This document shows, piece after piece, positions 28,621 through 42,834 of a DNA stretch of 64,000 nucleotides. The stretch comes from Paramecium tetraurelia (taxonomy: Eukaryota), in NCBI GenBank assembly GCA_000165425.1, contig CT868651.1, positions 124,001-188,000 of the forward strand. The letters are read 5' to 3'. The notes below the pieces were generated by a model. The model was not told where the DNA came from. It saw only the letters and a list, made by a program, of their open reading frames with translations, and searched no databases. The stretch's first letter is position 1; each line of letters begins with the position of its first letter. The position numbers were made by a program, and so were the translations under genes.

Positions 28621-31112
28621 TCAATCCACAAACAATGGAACCATTACAATCGTAATAGTAGAATATAATTTAATTAATATATGAATTGATGGTCCTGCTG
28701 TGTCCTTGCAAGGATCTCCTACAGTATCCTACAATATAGAAACCATTAAATATTACTCCTGTTACAGCAGCCTTATGAGCATCGCTTCCCTTCCCTCCAA
28801 GTTCTCCAGTCTCTATATATTTCTTACTATTGTCCCAAGCCCCTCCAGCATTATTTAAAAATAGTGCTTATAGAATTCCAGTGCAAGTTGAAAACATCAA
28901 AAAGGCACAAATAGCTTTGGCTGGCAACAATTCTTGCATTCTCACCACATTGATTGCTCTTAATGTAATACCCAAAACCAATGGAGTTAAGACACTTAAT
29001 AATCCAGGTTTGATCATTTCTCTTAATCCAGCTTTAGTAACAATCTCGACACATTATTTGTAATTAGGTTAAGCTGTACCTTATAATATACCTTCATTTT
29101 CTCTAAATTATCTACGTACTTCTTTAATAACATCTTAAGCTGCATTTCCAACCGCTCTCATAGCCCAACTACTAAACACAAAGACTGTGCAAGCCCCAAT
29201 GAGACCAGATATGAATATTTCAGGTTATGTGATATCAATATCCAATATTTTTTTCGTCGGTGATAGGAAGTTGACCTCATCAATAAATGCTCTAAACAAT
29301 AAAAAAGAAGCCAAAGAAGCTGAACCAACTGAGTATCCCTTTGCATTAGCTTTAGTAACATTTCCTACTGCATCCAATCTATCAGTAATCTAACGCACTT
29401 ATTCATCACAACCACTCATTTCCACTATACCACCAGCATTATCAACAATAGGTCCAAATGCTGCCATTGATAAAATATAGACTCCTGTACAAAACATACC
29501 CATAGTTGCAATAGCAGTGCCAAATAATCCTCCAATCAATTCTCCTTAATGATTCTTTATACCACTTTACTCTCCTAAATAGTATGCTCCCAAAACTCCG
29601 ACACTAATGATCAATATTGGAATACCAGTTGATTCCATTCCAACACTTAATCCAGCAATGATATTTGTAGCATGACCTGTTTTACTTGCTTATGCTATTC
29701 TCTTAACAGGTTCATAATGATAATCAGTGTAATATTAAGTAACTTCAATAAATAAATAAGAGACAGCAATTCCAATAAGCCCACAAAAACCAAAATATAG
29801 CCAAGCATCTTTATATTATAATGGATTTAAACAATGATGACAAATGAAAAAGAATCCAAAGAAGCCTATTATCATTGCTATCCTATATCCCTTCTTCATA
29901 ATGCATAAAGGATCTTCTATATATTTAGTTGGTATTCCAGGTTAAGTGCGTACAAAATACATTCCAATTGTTGATGATATAATATCTAAACAATGTACTA
30001 CCAATGGGAAAAGCATAAAGGTAACTTTATAATTGATGTGAAGATTAGCTTCATGAGTTAATGTTGCTCCCAATATCATAGCACTCAAAATTTCAGCAGT
30101 GATAGATTCAAATAGATCAGCACTCTAACCAGCACAATCTCCAACATTATCACCAACAAGATCAGCAATCACAGCAGGGTTTCTTGGATCATCTTCAGGA
30201 ATATCATTCTCTATTTTGCCAATCAGATCAGCTCCAACATCGGCAGCTTTTGTATAGATGCCTCCTCCCAATTATGCAAACATAGCTACAAATGAAGCAC
30301 CGAATCCATATCCAATTAACAATAAAGGTATTTTGTCTATTTATTCATTTAATTTTTAAGTATCAGCTATTGTTATATAACAATAAAAGTATATCACCAA
30401 GAATAAAACACTTATCCCAAATATTGCCAAAGCTATATTGATTACAGCAGCAAAATAACCACCTCTAAATGACAATTAAATTGCTGTATTATAGCAAGAC
30501 CTAGCTGCACTGGCAACTCGAGAATTAGCCTTTATACTAACCCACATTCCTGCAAATCCTGCGAATCCAGAACAGAATGCCCCAAACAAAAATGATCCTC
30601 CTTCCAAAAGTCCAATCACTAATCCTCCAACAGGAATCTCATCCTTCTCTAATTCTCCTGTTCCTTTCTGCCAATATACCAGAAATATTAACAATGCAAA
30701 TATCAAACTTAAATTTACGATTGTCCCGTATTATGCCTTGAAAAACCCTTCTGCTCCTTCCTCTATTGACATCGCTATTTTTTTCATTTCTTTAGTGCCC
30801 TTTTATTTAAAAATCAAATCTTACATCATCATGTCTTAGTATTTAATCCAAAATACATGTCGCAAAGATAATTGTTATAATTGAAATATGCAATACAGTA
30901 CAAATGAATTGTATCAAGTACGAAAAACCAAAAATCTAACAACATATATAACAATTTATTACTTATAGCAAAATACATGTTCCCAAAGGACTAATTAGGA
31001 ATATTATTCCCTTGATGTCTAGATGGTCGAATTAAATGAATTTGATGAATTGCTCTTTTTCAGGATTCTGCACACCTAATAATTCATATTAAGGTTTTTT
31101 TTAGGGTAACAT
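28621..31112 (-). CDS. Membrane-bound H+-translocating pyrophosphatase, K+-independent (AVP2/type II-like)
   Basis: [59 protein letters not shown] (Lys at the K+-dependence position); [15 protein letters not shown]. Confidence 0.96.
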
Positions 31113-31977
31113 CTAAACGTGTATAAATTATTTAATTTATATTATTCCTCATTATAATCAATTACATCTTTTTATGCAAATATGAATCAACGTAAAAAAA
31201 TATTGGCAACTTCCATCCCCTCATTACATTTCTTCTGGTTAATCAAACTTACCAAAGTTAAAAACTTACTAGAGTTGTCATTAAAGAAAACTAATGTCAT
31301 CCAATGATCTATTATGATACCACATAATGAATAATAATTAATCTCAGATTTAATTGCTACTATTCTTAAAATCTTTCAATTTTCATTGAACATTAATGGA
31401 AAAGATGAGGTTTAGAATCCTATATTGTCTTGTTTAAATTTACATTATACAATATAGACAAACTTAGTCCAAAAATCGGTAAAATATTCCACTACTCATT
31501 ATTTTAATTTGACTACCCCAAACCTCGATTTAGAATTATCTCTAGAATGGATCATATATAATCTATAAATGTAGTAAATTCAATTAAGAAACAAATTTTT
31601 ATTTTATATTACAGTTTTTATTTAAAATATAGTATTTACGCAATAATTAATTATTTTGGTCGAATAACTACTTGAAAATAATTATTGTATTGGCTACTAA
31701 GGGTTAATCTAGATTTGAATATTTAGAAATAATGCTTATTTATATTAAATAGTATTCAAATTTCAAATAAATCTACTCTAAAAGATAATAATAAATATTG
31801 CTTAAACAATAGAGTAATTTATTTAGATCTGAAGTAGAATCTCATTTTATTACTAAACTGAATAAGAGCAAAGTTTACAATTATCTACTATAAAGTAGCT
31901 CTTCTTATAATTATAATATGAAATAATTCGTTTTCTGAAAAATTTAAATATATATATATATATTTTTAATGTCTAAA

Positions 31978-33251
31978 TCAATCCTATTGTAATTACTATT
32001 ATAATTATTGTTATTACTATTGTGAAAATTGATTGTCTTCTTCACCCTAAATGTAAACATTATATTCTTACCACTTCTGTATTAAGAGGTGTATCACTAA
32101 CCATATGATTGTTTTAAGTTGTGACTTCATACTTATTAGGATTATGAGGAGCTTTTTCAGTTGGAGATGCAAATTACATATCTGCCAATGCTGATTTCAA
32201 TTGATCTAACTTTTATTTTTAATCTTCATCTTCTTATGTTTAAGTTAATTCTTGAGTCTCCTATCTATTTAAATAAAACAAATGAATACTCTTATTAAGC
32301 AGGTTATTCCACTGGAAAGAGTGGTTTAGTACCATCAGGATTCCAAGGACCAATGTTTAAGGAAAGAGCCTCTGTATTTTCACATTTTGAATTTCCTCCC
32401 AAAAAATCAGGTAAATTATCAATGTCTATGTGTTTTAATAATTCATCCTTGTAACTTGAACCCAAAATAGTGATTTTATTTTTTGTCTTTTCATCTAACC
32501 ATATTTTGATCATGGCCCAAATACCTGTGAACATCATGGGGGCATTAACAATATACATCCTATTATATTTAAAGATAATTTTACTTTCCCAATATTTCAG
32601 GATAATTATTTTAACCAACATTTGATGCTAATTGGATAAAATTATAGACTTATTTAGAAACCATCTTCATTGAGCCACCTTTAAGATCCAAAATTGTGAA
32701 GGTCTAATCAATTCTTGTTCCTTTTGCTTAAGAACATGCTGGAAATATTCTTTTAAGCAATAATTCATATGATTAGATGTAATATTTGATCAACCTTTAT
32801 TCTGAAGTGATTTCAAAAAGTTTATTCAATTATAACATTCCAATCCTTTCAATATAGATTGGTCTTCCCTAAAATAGATTAGAAATTGAATACTATTTTA
32901 TCTGTTTTGTGATAACCATGAGGGTAGTGAGTTCTTACTTATGGTAATTCATCAAACATATATGTCTAAGATTATTTAAATATTACCATAATGTTATCAA
33001 CATCATTTTCTTTACGCCATTTAATGAAATCGTTAAACATAACTTGAGTTTTAGCAATATCAAACTTCCTTGCCCTTAGAAACCTCAAGAGATATGGATC
33101 ATCATAGATTTTCTCGTTCAATCCCATACTATTGACAATATTTCTGAAATCAGCCAAAGCCTTGAGTTGAGTCTGATTGCAATCACCTGGAAAGCTTAAA
33201 TGAATGCTATATAACAAATTACCCTGTATAATCTTTATCCTTTTTGCTCAT
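31978..33251 (-). CDS. Sec14/CRAL-TRIO lipid-transfer protein
   Basis: DDPYLLRFLRARKFD; YPHGYHKTDK.GRPIYIERIG; GQNNYPEILG.MYIVNAP; LPDFLGG; GPWN. Confidence 0.93.
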
Positions 33252-33331
33252 AATTTAAAGATTTAAATTATTTGTAATATAAGAATATATTTGATGTTAA
33301 TATGTGTCGATCAATATATACTAAATGATAA

Positions 33332-33972
33332 TCAAGCCTTATCGAATTTCCACACTCTATTTCCTTTGTGTTCTACTCCAACAAGACTTGCAGAATTAAA
33401 GGGGATGTCCATATTTTTTGGCATCTTGATTATATAAATCTCCAATTTTTACATAGACATTTGCTTCCTGTAAATTATAACAAAATAATAAAATCTTGTA
33501 TTGTAATGAGGTAATTCAGAAAAGACATGATGGACTACATGAGTTGTACCAATTTCGAAATGTAAATCATCAATCCATAATGGATAATTTCTATCAATAG
33601 TACATAAAGCGCCTTACATAAATATCGTAATATACCTTTCAACCAAGTCCATCTTTCAACCATCTGATATCTAAGAACGCAAAATGTCCACATTCATGAC
33701 TGAGAACTACTAAGTTTTAGCATAACATTATACATATTCCTGCGGCCACAGTTCCTGTTAAAAAAGCATATACCACCCAAATTGGTAGAGCCAACCAAAT
33801 CATGTAAGCTAAATATGTTAGCAATAATGTGCTGCTAACAGCTTAGCTTACAGAAACTAAAAATCGTAACACATTCTTTGAAAATATATGTTAAGGAATT
33901 GCCTTTCTAATTGGTATTTTCTATTATAATTATGTTGCATCCAACTGTGATTTCAAGGTCCTTTTTACTCAT
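33332..33972 (-). pseudogene. Delta-12/omega-6 fatty acid desaturase (FAD2-like) pseudogene
   Basis: IRKAIPQHIF, WVYAFLTGTVAAG, HECGHFAF, WTWLKGALCTIDR and THVVHHVFSELPHY are present; the second His box and intervening helices are missing, and the frame breaks twice. Confidence 0.8.
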
Positions 33973-34123
33973 AATTTATTAAAATCTTAATTTTATTTAT
34001 GGATTAAATAATTATTTTCAACATTCTGAATTCTATTGTCTATACATCTTCATCATTTTAGTAATTCCTAAAATTATTCCCATTATTTTTATTGATTAAT
34101 CTAAAATATATTAATAAATCTCC

Positions 34124-35627
34124 ATGAATTAATATTCTGACATTAATAATTAACCATAAGGATAAGGAGAAGAACCATAAGAACTGCATGAACCAAACTC
34201 TCAAAGATAATAAAATGAATCATCAGACATTTAAAATGAAAATGAAAAGTATTGTGGAGGTTTACTCAACAGAAGTGATCACATCTTAGTCAAAGCATTA
34301 AAACTAATTCTTGCATTGCCTCTCTTACCAGTAGTGCTAATGTGGAGACTACTCTAATGTACAATGAATCTAATAATTGATTGCTGCACCAATCAAATCT
34401 ATAATTGCCTACTCTACATTTATGGAAAAATTGCTTAATGCTTATCGTGGTTATCTCATATACTCTCAATCATTTTCAATTATATTTACACCTGCTTGAC
34501 TTTTATTTGCAATTAAATACTTGATGCTATCTATTTTTTAGGCAGATGCTCTAAATATATTCTGGACTGGTATGCAATATTTATCATTAATATGATCTTC
34601 AAATTTGCTCATTTGAGATCAATAATCCAAGAATTCACTTCATTCATTACAATCCCCTTGTCGTTAAAGATTATTGTACCTTTGGCCATGTGCTTCTATA
34701 ATAACATCTTTAATCCAACTAAGACTGCCATTATATACATTGTGACAAAGATGTTGCAAATCATAAGAATAGTTATAATAAATCTTTATGAATTCACAGT
34801 CAATTATATACTGATACCATTCTATGATTATGTCATATTGAGCTCTTTGCGTTTTATGAGATTCCTGCTTGTTGATGTCCTCTACAAAACCATTATTATT
34901 AATTTCTGCAAAGGGTTGAGATGGGTAATTAGCAACTTTTACACCTATATTTTACTCAATATTTATGAATATCTACTGGTTAAATTTTTGTATAGAATTG
35001 TATTAACATACACATATAAGGCTGTAAAATTTCTCTTATATGACTTTCTATACAAATTAATTTTGATTCCAACCAGCAAAGCAGTCAGATGGATTGTAAT
35101 AGATTTTTTTTATGAGATTCTAATAATCAAAATATGTTAACTTTTACGATTTATCATTGTTGATGTGATATACAAAATTATTGCTAAGATAAGTGAATTC
35201 ATTTATTCTTAAATCTGTGTGAATACATATAGGTGTTCCACTTGGATCATAATAGAAATAATTTATAAGTTGATTCTTAGGAATATTTATATTTATATCC
35301 TAAGACCACTCTACAATATTCTTGTATCAATTATAAGAATCATCTCCACTAATGTATATAGATTTTTATTATTGCCCTTTTGGAATTTGAGTAAATATTT
35401 GTATAATGTAATCATAATATTATACTTAGGGTTTAATAAGATTAATTAGGTTAACTACAACATTTATTTATGATTAACTTTTGACTCCAATGTGGACTTT
35501 GATTGTCAGTATAACAAGAGGGTTATTAAATTTAATAAAGAATTTGTTTACAGCTACAAAGCAACTGTCAATAGACTTGTGGATAGCAATAAAAACTTTA
35601 GTTAGAAGAATTAGAAATATAATATGA
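34124..35627 (+). CDS. Hydrophobic protein with ~20-aa tandem helical repeats
   Basis: Q/E-rich N-terminus, then repeats such as KAVKFLLYDFLYKLILIPTS / KAVRWIVIDFFYEILIIKIC / QLLRFIIVDVIYKII. Confidence 0.7.
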
Positions 35628-35671
35628 AGAGGAATTCTTTCTATTATTGTTTTATTGTAATATAATTAATA

Positions 35672-36926
35672 TCAAAATAAATTGTTTTCCTCAACAAAGC
35701 ATGTAACAACTTCTATTTTGGTGGCTATGATGTTTTAGACATCCTTAATGATGGCAATTTATTTATCTCTTTCAATGGTGTTTTATTAATATTGTAATTC
35801 GTACTCCTAACATTATTGATTTCTTTATTAGTTTCCATTCTTAGCAGCATTGAATTCCTAATTATAACATAATATGATACAGCATGAGCATCCCTGCTTC
35901 TCTTGTCTTGAATATCTCTATTTCTAATAGTCTCTTATAAAGCTTCCTCATCACTTGCCTTTTCTCTGGTTAAACTTTCAATAGCATTGAAAATAGCAGC
36001 CAATATTGTGTCAGTGTCCTAAACAAGATAAATAAAAGATAATACTCTGGCATTCTTGGCTTCAGCCTCTTCTTCAGCAGAGATACTTTCCTTGATGGAA
36101 TCTCTAATGGCTTCCATTTTTTCGATTAAAGTCTAAACTGCAGTTGGTTCTAAGGTGGATGTCAATGCAACCATAGCAGTAATTGGATTTTCTTCACCAA
36201 TCTTAGCTAATTGAACTAAGGCTTCGTTGATAGCTTCTTCTTCAATGAAAGAACCAGCCTTATGAGCTGCAGCTACATCCCAAACTTAATGAAGTTTTGG
36301 TAAGATGACTTCAAAGGCTTGTACCATCTCCTTCATTTAAGTTGTTCTGGTTGAGAAATCTAAGTTGTCTTATCTTCTAATATCTCTTAAGGTATCATCT
36401 TTAGCTTAAAAGACTTTGATTTATCTAGCCTTTTCATTGATTTCAGCTTGGTAGACAGCGATGGCTTCATTCAATCTTTTAGCTTTGAATTCAGCATCCT
36501 TGATTTCATTGATTGATAAACTAATTCTTTGACTATAATTTTAAAGATCTTTTTTGCATTATGATCCAATTTAAGCTCTTTCGTTATCAGCATCGATTTG
36601 TTTACCCTTGAATAGAATACATAATTACCTCAAGATCACCTTTCAAATCATTCAATAATTTGCTAACAGCACTTAATGATTCATTTCCTCTTAATTAAAG
36701 AGCAATGGTTTAAAGAATCTTAGATCCAAGAGGATGATCTTAAATTTCTTCTAATTTTCCATAGGCTGGATCATCAGAGAGAGCTAGCTTTTTATGGCCT
36801 GATTATTATATATAATGCTGTACTTTTTTCAAAAGCTGAATGCTCTTCATCTTAGTTATGCTTCTTAGAGATAACTTGATTCGAAAGGAGACACAGAACT
36901 AATGTTACAGCTACTATGCTTTTCAT
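35672..36926 (-). CDS. Trichocyst matrix protein (TMP/GRL family) precursor
   Basis: Signal peptide MKSIVAVTLVLCLLS; EIQDHPLGSKILQTIALQLRGNESLSAVSKLLNDLKGDL; two coiled-coil halves with a central SFIE motif. Confidence 0.8.
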
Positions 36927-37025
36927 TATTTTAATAAATATATCGTTTTTACTAATTTTCTTTATTAAACAAAAAATTCAATTGTCATCAAATAAAGTAA
37001 TATGAAAATGTGAATAATATGAAAA

Positions 37026-38966
37026 TCAAATATTGATAATTTAAGCATCTACCAGAGTGATCTTATTTTAAGATTTTAAAGAAGTTCTTCTCTATAAATT
37101 TATTGTAGCATTATCAAAAGTATTACATTATTTATTAGATCCGTAATTTTATTGAAAATATTTAAGAAACTTGCTTTGATTATGCAACATATCATCAATT
37201 TATAATGAATTGATAAATACATCGCTATTCTTTTAAGAATTCTTTCTTCTCAAAGGAGTAGTTCCTAATGATGAATTATAAGCAATTTATTTAACAGGAG
37301 TTGACTATATTGAATTATTTCGAGTATAGAATTTAGTCCCTAATGATTATTAATCAGAATTCTTTTTTGAGAAAATGGGATGGATTAGATTGGAATCCTG
37401 TTTGACTAATTTGAGTTTAGGTTATTTGTTAATATTGTTTAACTTATTATCCTTTTATTTGAGAATTTGGAGTTATTAACTCATTAACAATGACTATGTT
37501 ATGATTTTTTTTTGAGGAGAGGGTTAATTAATAGCAAGAATGTTTTAATCTATTCTATCTCCAACTTGATCACAATTGTCCATTCTGAAATTCTCTTTGT
37601 TTCCAAAGGTCACTAAGACTTTCTTTTAGGGAACATTGTTTTCAATAAATCCAATTTGGATTTTGTTTAGTTTGAGTTTTGGTATAACTAAATCCTCAGT
37701 AATTTAATCCATGACTTCATTACTTTTCAATTCACAATTCTGATTAGTGCTTTCTAATATGTGTAATCTGGTATTAAGATTCTTTATAACGGATTTCAGG
37801 TATTGACAGTCAACTTTGGGTCTTCACATATTAATAAAAAATTACTCTTAACAGAATGACATAAAATTTATTTAAATTATAAAGAGTATATGAATTTGTA
37901 AAAACAGTTCATTAATATATACTTGGAAACTTGATAGTCTGTGTTTTTGGTTATTTCTCTTCAAATCTATTTTTTGGAACTATTTTCATAATTCCATTTC
38001 TAACTAATGGATTTAATTATCTTTAATAATTTAAAAAATCTCACCTTTAATCAGTTTCATCATGATATCCAGGGCAGATATCGCGATAACAATTTTACTA
38101 TGTACATTCAAAGGTTTTATACATGTGAGGATGAAAGTAAAGTTCAAAGATAGAATGACAAAATGAACATTCATTGGAACAACTCTTATTTTACACCCAA
38201 TTTGAACATTATTAAGGTTAATATTGAATATCTTAAACTTTTCTGCGTTTATCACTCTCATTATGATAATAATCACAAGTTGACCTAATTAAATTATAGA
38301 TTACTAAATTATGATTAAAAAGTGAATAGGGACAAGCAATTGTTTTATAATGAAACATATAATAGTCTTAATCGTGCTGATATAGATGGATCAACTCACA
38401 TTTGATGTCCTTCTCAAAATGAGCATAAGGACAATATATACCAAAGCAACAATTTTATGGTTAAGGACAAAATAGTTTTCGATAATTGTCTTCTTAATAT
38501 AACAATTCATATTGATTATGCGCTTTACAACAACTGTAACCATGAGGACATTCTTTTTATTCTACTTTGTATGGACACAATTCTGCTTTATAATATGTGC
38601 CTGGTCTTCTTAAATCACTTTCTGAATGAATATATGGACATTATTTATGATTATGTTCACATTGTCTTTAACAAGGTCTTATTTTAAACACTGTCAAATC
38701 TAAATCAAAACTGGTGCCTTCTTCTTATGGACATCTCTTTAAACAATGTGCCTTCTATTCAAATTGACCTATTCTTTAAGATTTATACTAGATTGCTTAA
38801 TTTTTTTGTTTTCACAAGGAGGTTTAGGATTAATCATGCTCAACATTCCCTTGCAAATAGATGGATTATGTTTTTATTCTTAGAAATTGCTTAATGATAA
38901 ATGAGAGAACTGAGTCTCAAATTAATTAATTTTTGGAAAACGACTTGGTGTTTGCTGCCCCTTCAT
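37026..38966 (-). CDS. Unkempt-like tandem CCCH zinc-finger protein
   Basis: CFGIYCPYAHFEKD; FHYKTIACP; CDYYHNESDKRR; CSFCHSIFELYFHPHMYKTFEC; CPGYHDETD; low-complexity C-terminus. Confidence 0.8.
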
Positions 38967-39002
38967 TATAGATTTTCCAATTTCCTGCTTATATTAATAA
39001 TA

Positions 39003-40987
39003 ATGAATAAATTAATTCGCAAAAGCTCATTAAATACATAAGCTCTTAAAGAATAAGAGAATAAAAAACTCAAATAATATGTTCTTCAAATGGAACTAAA
39101 CCCATCTCTTTATGAAACTTTAACATAAGAATAAATATTTGGTATTCTATGCATAATTCTAACTAAATCCTCCTATCATAGAACTCAATCAGAAATTGAA
39201 ATCCTTAAAAAAGCTACTATTCATATAGACTATTTTTAAAAATTGATTGAAAAAGATCAAGGCCCTTTATTATGGGAAAGGTGCCTAAGAAAAATGAGTT
39301 ATACATTCCTCTCTTATGGTTAAACATTGTTTAAAGAAGGTATTTTTTGATTCTAGTTTAAGGTGATGTTGGTACTACTTTCTATATCATTTTGTAAGGG
39401 AAAGTATCCATCCACAAACGATTAATGTTTTAAGATGAAATTTAAGATAAAGAATTAATCTAATTGTAAGTTGGATAAGCGTTTGGAGAACTAGCACTTG
39501 AAAATAATGAGCCCCGCTCAGCTTCAGTCAAAGCCATACTTCCAACTCATTTAGCAGTTCTAGAAGCTGAAGATTATATGGCTATCAAAAAAACTGTGGT
39601 AATCCTAAATAATTCAAAATAAGATTAACCAACAAAGATAAATGTACTTTGAAGAGTTTGCTAGGTTGAGTATCTTTAGAGATTGGAAATTTGCAAGTAT
39701 TAAATCCTTATTTGATGTTATTAAATAAAGCAAATATGGACTAAATCATCCAATATTTAGAGAAGGGGATCCTTCAAATGAAGTTTACTTTATATCAACT
39801 GGTTAATTTAAAGTATTATTAAGTAATCATATCATTAGGTGGTTAAGACATTAAGAATCCCTTAATTAAATGCAGACAATAATTCTTAAGATGATTTATA
39901 AAATTTGAAAGATAGGTTTGCCTATTCGAAACCAAGTCTATCGAATTCAGATAAAATAGATATGCTATATTAGAAAAAGAAGTATGGGAATCTTGTCATA
40001 AGAGATACAAAATCAATTATGACATTAAAATTTGTTGGGGCAGGTGAGATGTTTGGAGAATTAGAAATTTTAAAATAACCTGACTTATGCAGATAATTCA
40101 CTTATGTCTCAACTTTTGAATCCAACACAGTCTATTATGTATCAAAGAGAGATTTCTTAAGAGTATTATATAATGATCCTCCCTTATCTTAAAGCTTAAA
40201 TTCTTTAAACGAAGATAAACTAAAATAGGCCTTAGCACAAATTCGAGCATATGAAAAGAACTTTATAGATCAAACAGAAAAACAAATAATTCTTTAACGA
40301 GCCTAAATCAAAGAACAACTTAATCCGAAACTACTAACCGATGAAGATCTATAATCCACTGTGTTAGTAAGAAATAAAACCCATGTTTCTAAGATTAGCA
40401 GCAAAAAACAGTAAATTGATAAAAAAATTCGAGAACTTACTTTAACTTTGGAATCACCAAAAGCCGATATAAACTAGAGTACATTACTTACGTAATTATT
40501 TACATCTGAAAAGCATAGAAGATAAAGAACTGAGTTGTAAATTATGTAGGATTCTAAAAAAGGTCCTAGAAACACGAAAATATCTCTTGATTAAAGACAA
40601 AAATCTGAAATGCCAGCTTATGAATCGCCAAAATAAAATGTATATATTTGTAATGTGCTATCAAAATTGTTTTCATCTTAGCCTACAATTAAAGCTAAAA
40701 TGAACGAATAAGAGGAAAAAGCACTGAAATAATAATAAAAATTCAATTTAAAAGAAATTAAAAAAAGCACTGATTATATGTATGATAATTCTCGATAATT
40801 ATTAAAAAAATAAGTTACGGAAATCTCATAAACTAGAAGGATACACTCAACTACTTCCAGATAATAAACTAGTCCATCATCATCTAAATTTTGTTAAATG
40901 GATAAAATGTTTTCTAATTCTTTTAAATTGCATCTTCCCTTATATATGTAAAATAAATATTTTGGATTAACGCCTAAAGATTAATGA
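39003..40987 (+). CDS. Protein with two cyclic-nucleotide-binding (cNMP) domains
   Basis: LFKEGDVGTTFYIILQGKVSI...QAFGELALENNEPRSASVKA; second domain IFREGDPSNEVYFISTG...GEMFGELE. Confidence 0.87.
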
Positions 40988-41023
40988 ATATAATAAATAT
41001 TAATCAATGTATTTATCCCGTAA

Positions 41024-42834
41024 TCACTTTGTGAATTCAGATATTTTATTCAGTAGTTCTCGATTAATATTTCTCTAAGTTTATAAAGCTTATTCCTTAT
41101 CTGTCAAACTCTCAGCCAAAGAATTAGCCTAATATGATTATTTCATTATTACTAATTTTTACAACACCTGAATCTCTTGAGAGGTATTGCTCTTTAAAAA
41201 GTGTTTATTTGTTAATTTCAGCATATCCTGTTCATAATCACATTTCAAACTAAAATTTTTCACATCTTTACTTTTTAATTGTTGCTTCCAAATTATTTAT
41301 TGTTGTTTTCAATCTTTTTATCTCTTCCAAAGATACATTGTTATTCTATACAATTGGATTGCAGATTATAATTTCGGATTGCTTGTTTGATTGAACATCA
41401 CTCTAAAACTCTAGAAATAAAGAATTACTTCTGAAGAAATCTCTGATTTCTCTTTCTTTTAATTGAGTTCCATTTCTTATAATAAGCTTTCATACTTCTT
41501 TTTTAAACTATTTAATTCATTTTAAATTAATTCTTTCTCTTCAATGTAAAAAGTACTATTGCTTTCAAGCTTCTTTATTTCTTTCATTAATTAATCATTT
41601 ATTAGTTGCCATTACTGATTTTCCTTTATGCATTTCTCTAAATATTTATTATATATACATCATTTTGCTATTTCAAACTTTCTAACTTTTCTTTGTAAAA
41701 CATTTCTCTTATTTCGTCTTAATTTTAGTTTTAATTCTTTTTTAATTCTTCAATCTCATGCTAGTATTTTTTATTAGTATTTTCTAATAAAATTACTTAA
41801 CTCTTTAGAACTTTAATTTCTTATATATAAATTTATGTCTTTCCATCTAGTTTATCAATCTATTATTTTAAATTTAGTATTTCCTTGTCCTTATTTATTA
41901 TTACCTAACTTTATTGTGCTAACTATTTATCAATTTATTCCATCTTTTTGATATTTAAGTTGTATTATTATTATAATTCGCTCAGATTCTTTGTCAATTT
42001 TTGCTTAAAGTCTAATAATGAAGAAATCTCGTTGTCCTTTTAAGCTATCTTTTATTCTTAATCAGAGAGGATAACATACAATTACGCTGTGTCACTTAGA
42101 TGAGTCTTTTTTGATTTTAAGGTTTTGCTAAATTAAAAAATGGCATCACGAACTATATTGTTTGTTACGGCTGCCAATAATTTTATATTTTAATTAAAGA
42201 TCTCAATCTAATTGTTATTTTTCTTAATGATCTTCAATTCATATTTGTCAATATTCACAATTGTCTTATTTTAATCAGTTTTCAATATCAATCCATTTTC
42301 ATTTGCAATTAAAGTGCATATTGAAGGTAAATTAAGATCGTTAAAGGATTGATTGTCTTGTGCTTAGATATTTTCTAATTTACAATTTAATTACATCTCT
42401 CCTTCATTAAATGCTTAGTTAACCTAATTTTTTAATGTATTAATCTACTAAATCGAAAATTTTTGAATCTGCTTGTAAAAAATTTGTTTCTGCCATTAAA
42501 GGCATTCCATTATAGTCAAAATCCAAAATTGGTATGGCTTAAACCATAATTCTTAAAAGAATATTGAAGATTTTACTTGGTATCAATATCTAGTATACAA
42601 GGTTGATAAAATTATCCTGATACATCCTCTATTTCTACAAAATCTTTATCTTTTGTGATATTAAACCATTGACATCTTAAAGGAATAGATTATCCCTTAA
42701 ATTATCCTAAATTGAATCATCGTAATACCTTTGTTGAAAGAAGCTTCAATGTGTAGAAGTTCAGAATGGAGATTACCTCCCTTCAAATGAACATTGATGT
42801 AAGTCTCATCAATTATAGATTTAGAAGTTGACAT
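41024..42834 (-). CDS. Coiled-coil protein with possible N-terminal NT-C2-like domain
   Basis: MSTSKSIIDETYINVHLKGG...; beta-rich N-terminal part followed by long Q/K/E heptads; domain call tentative. Confidence 0.55.
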
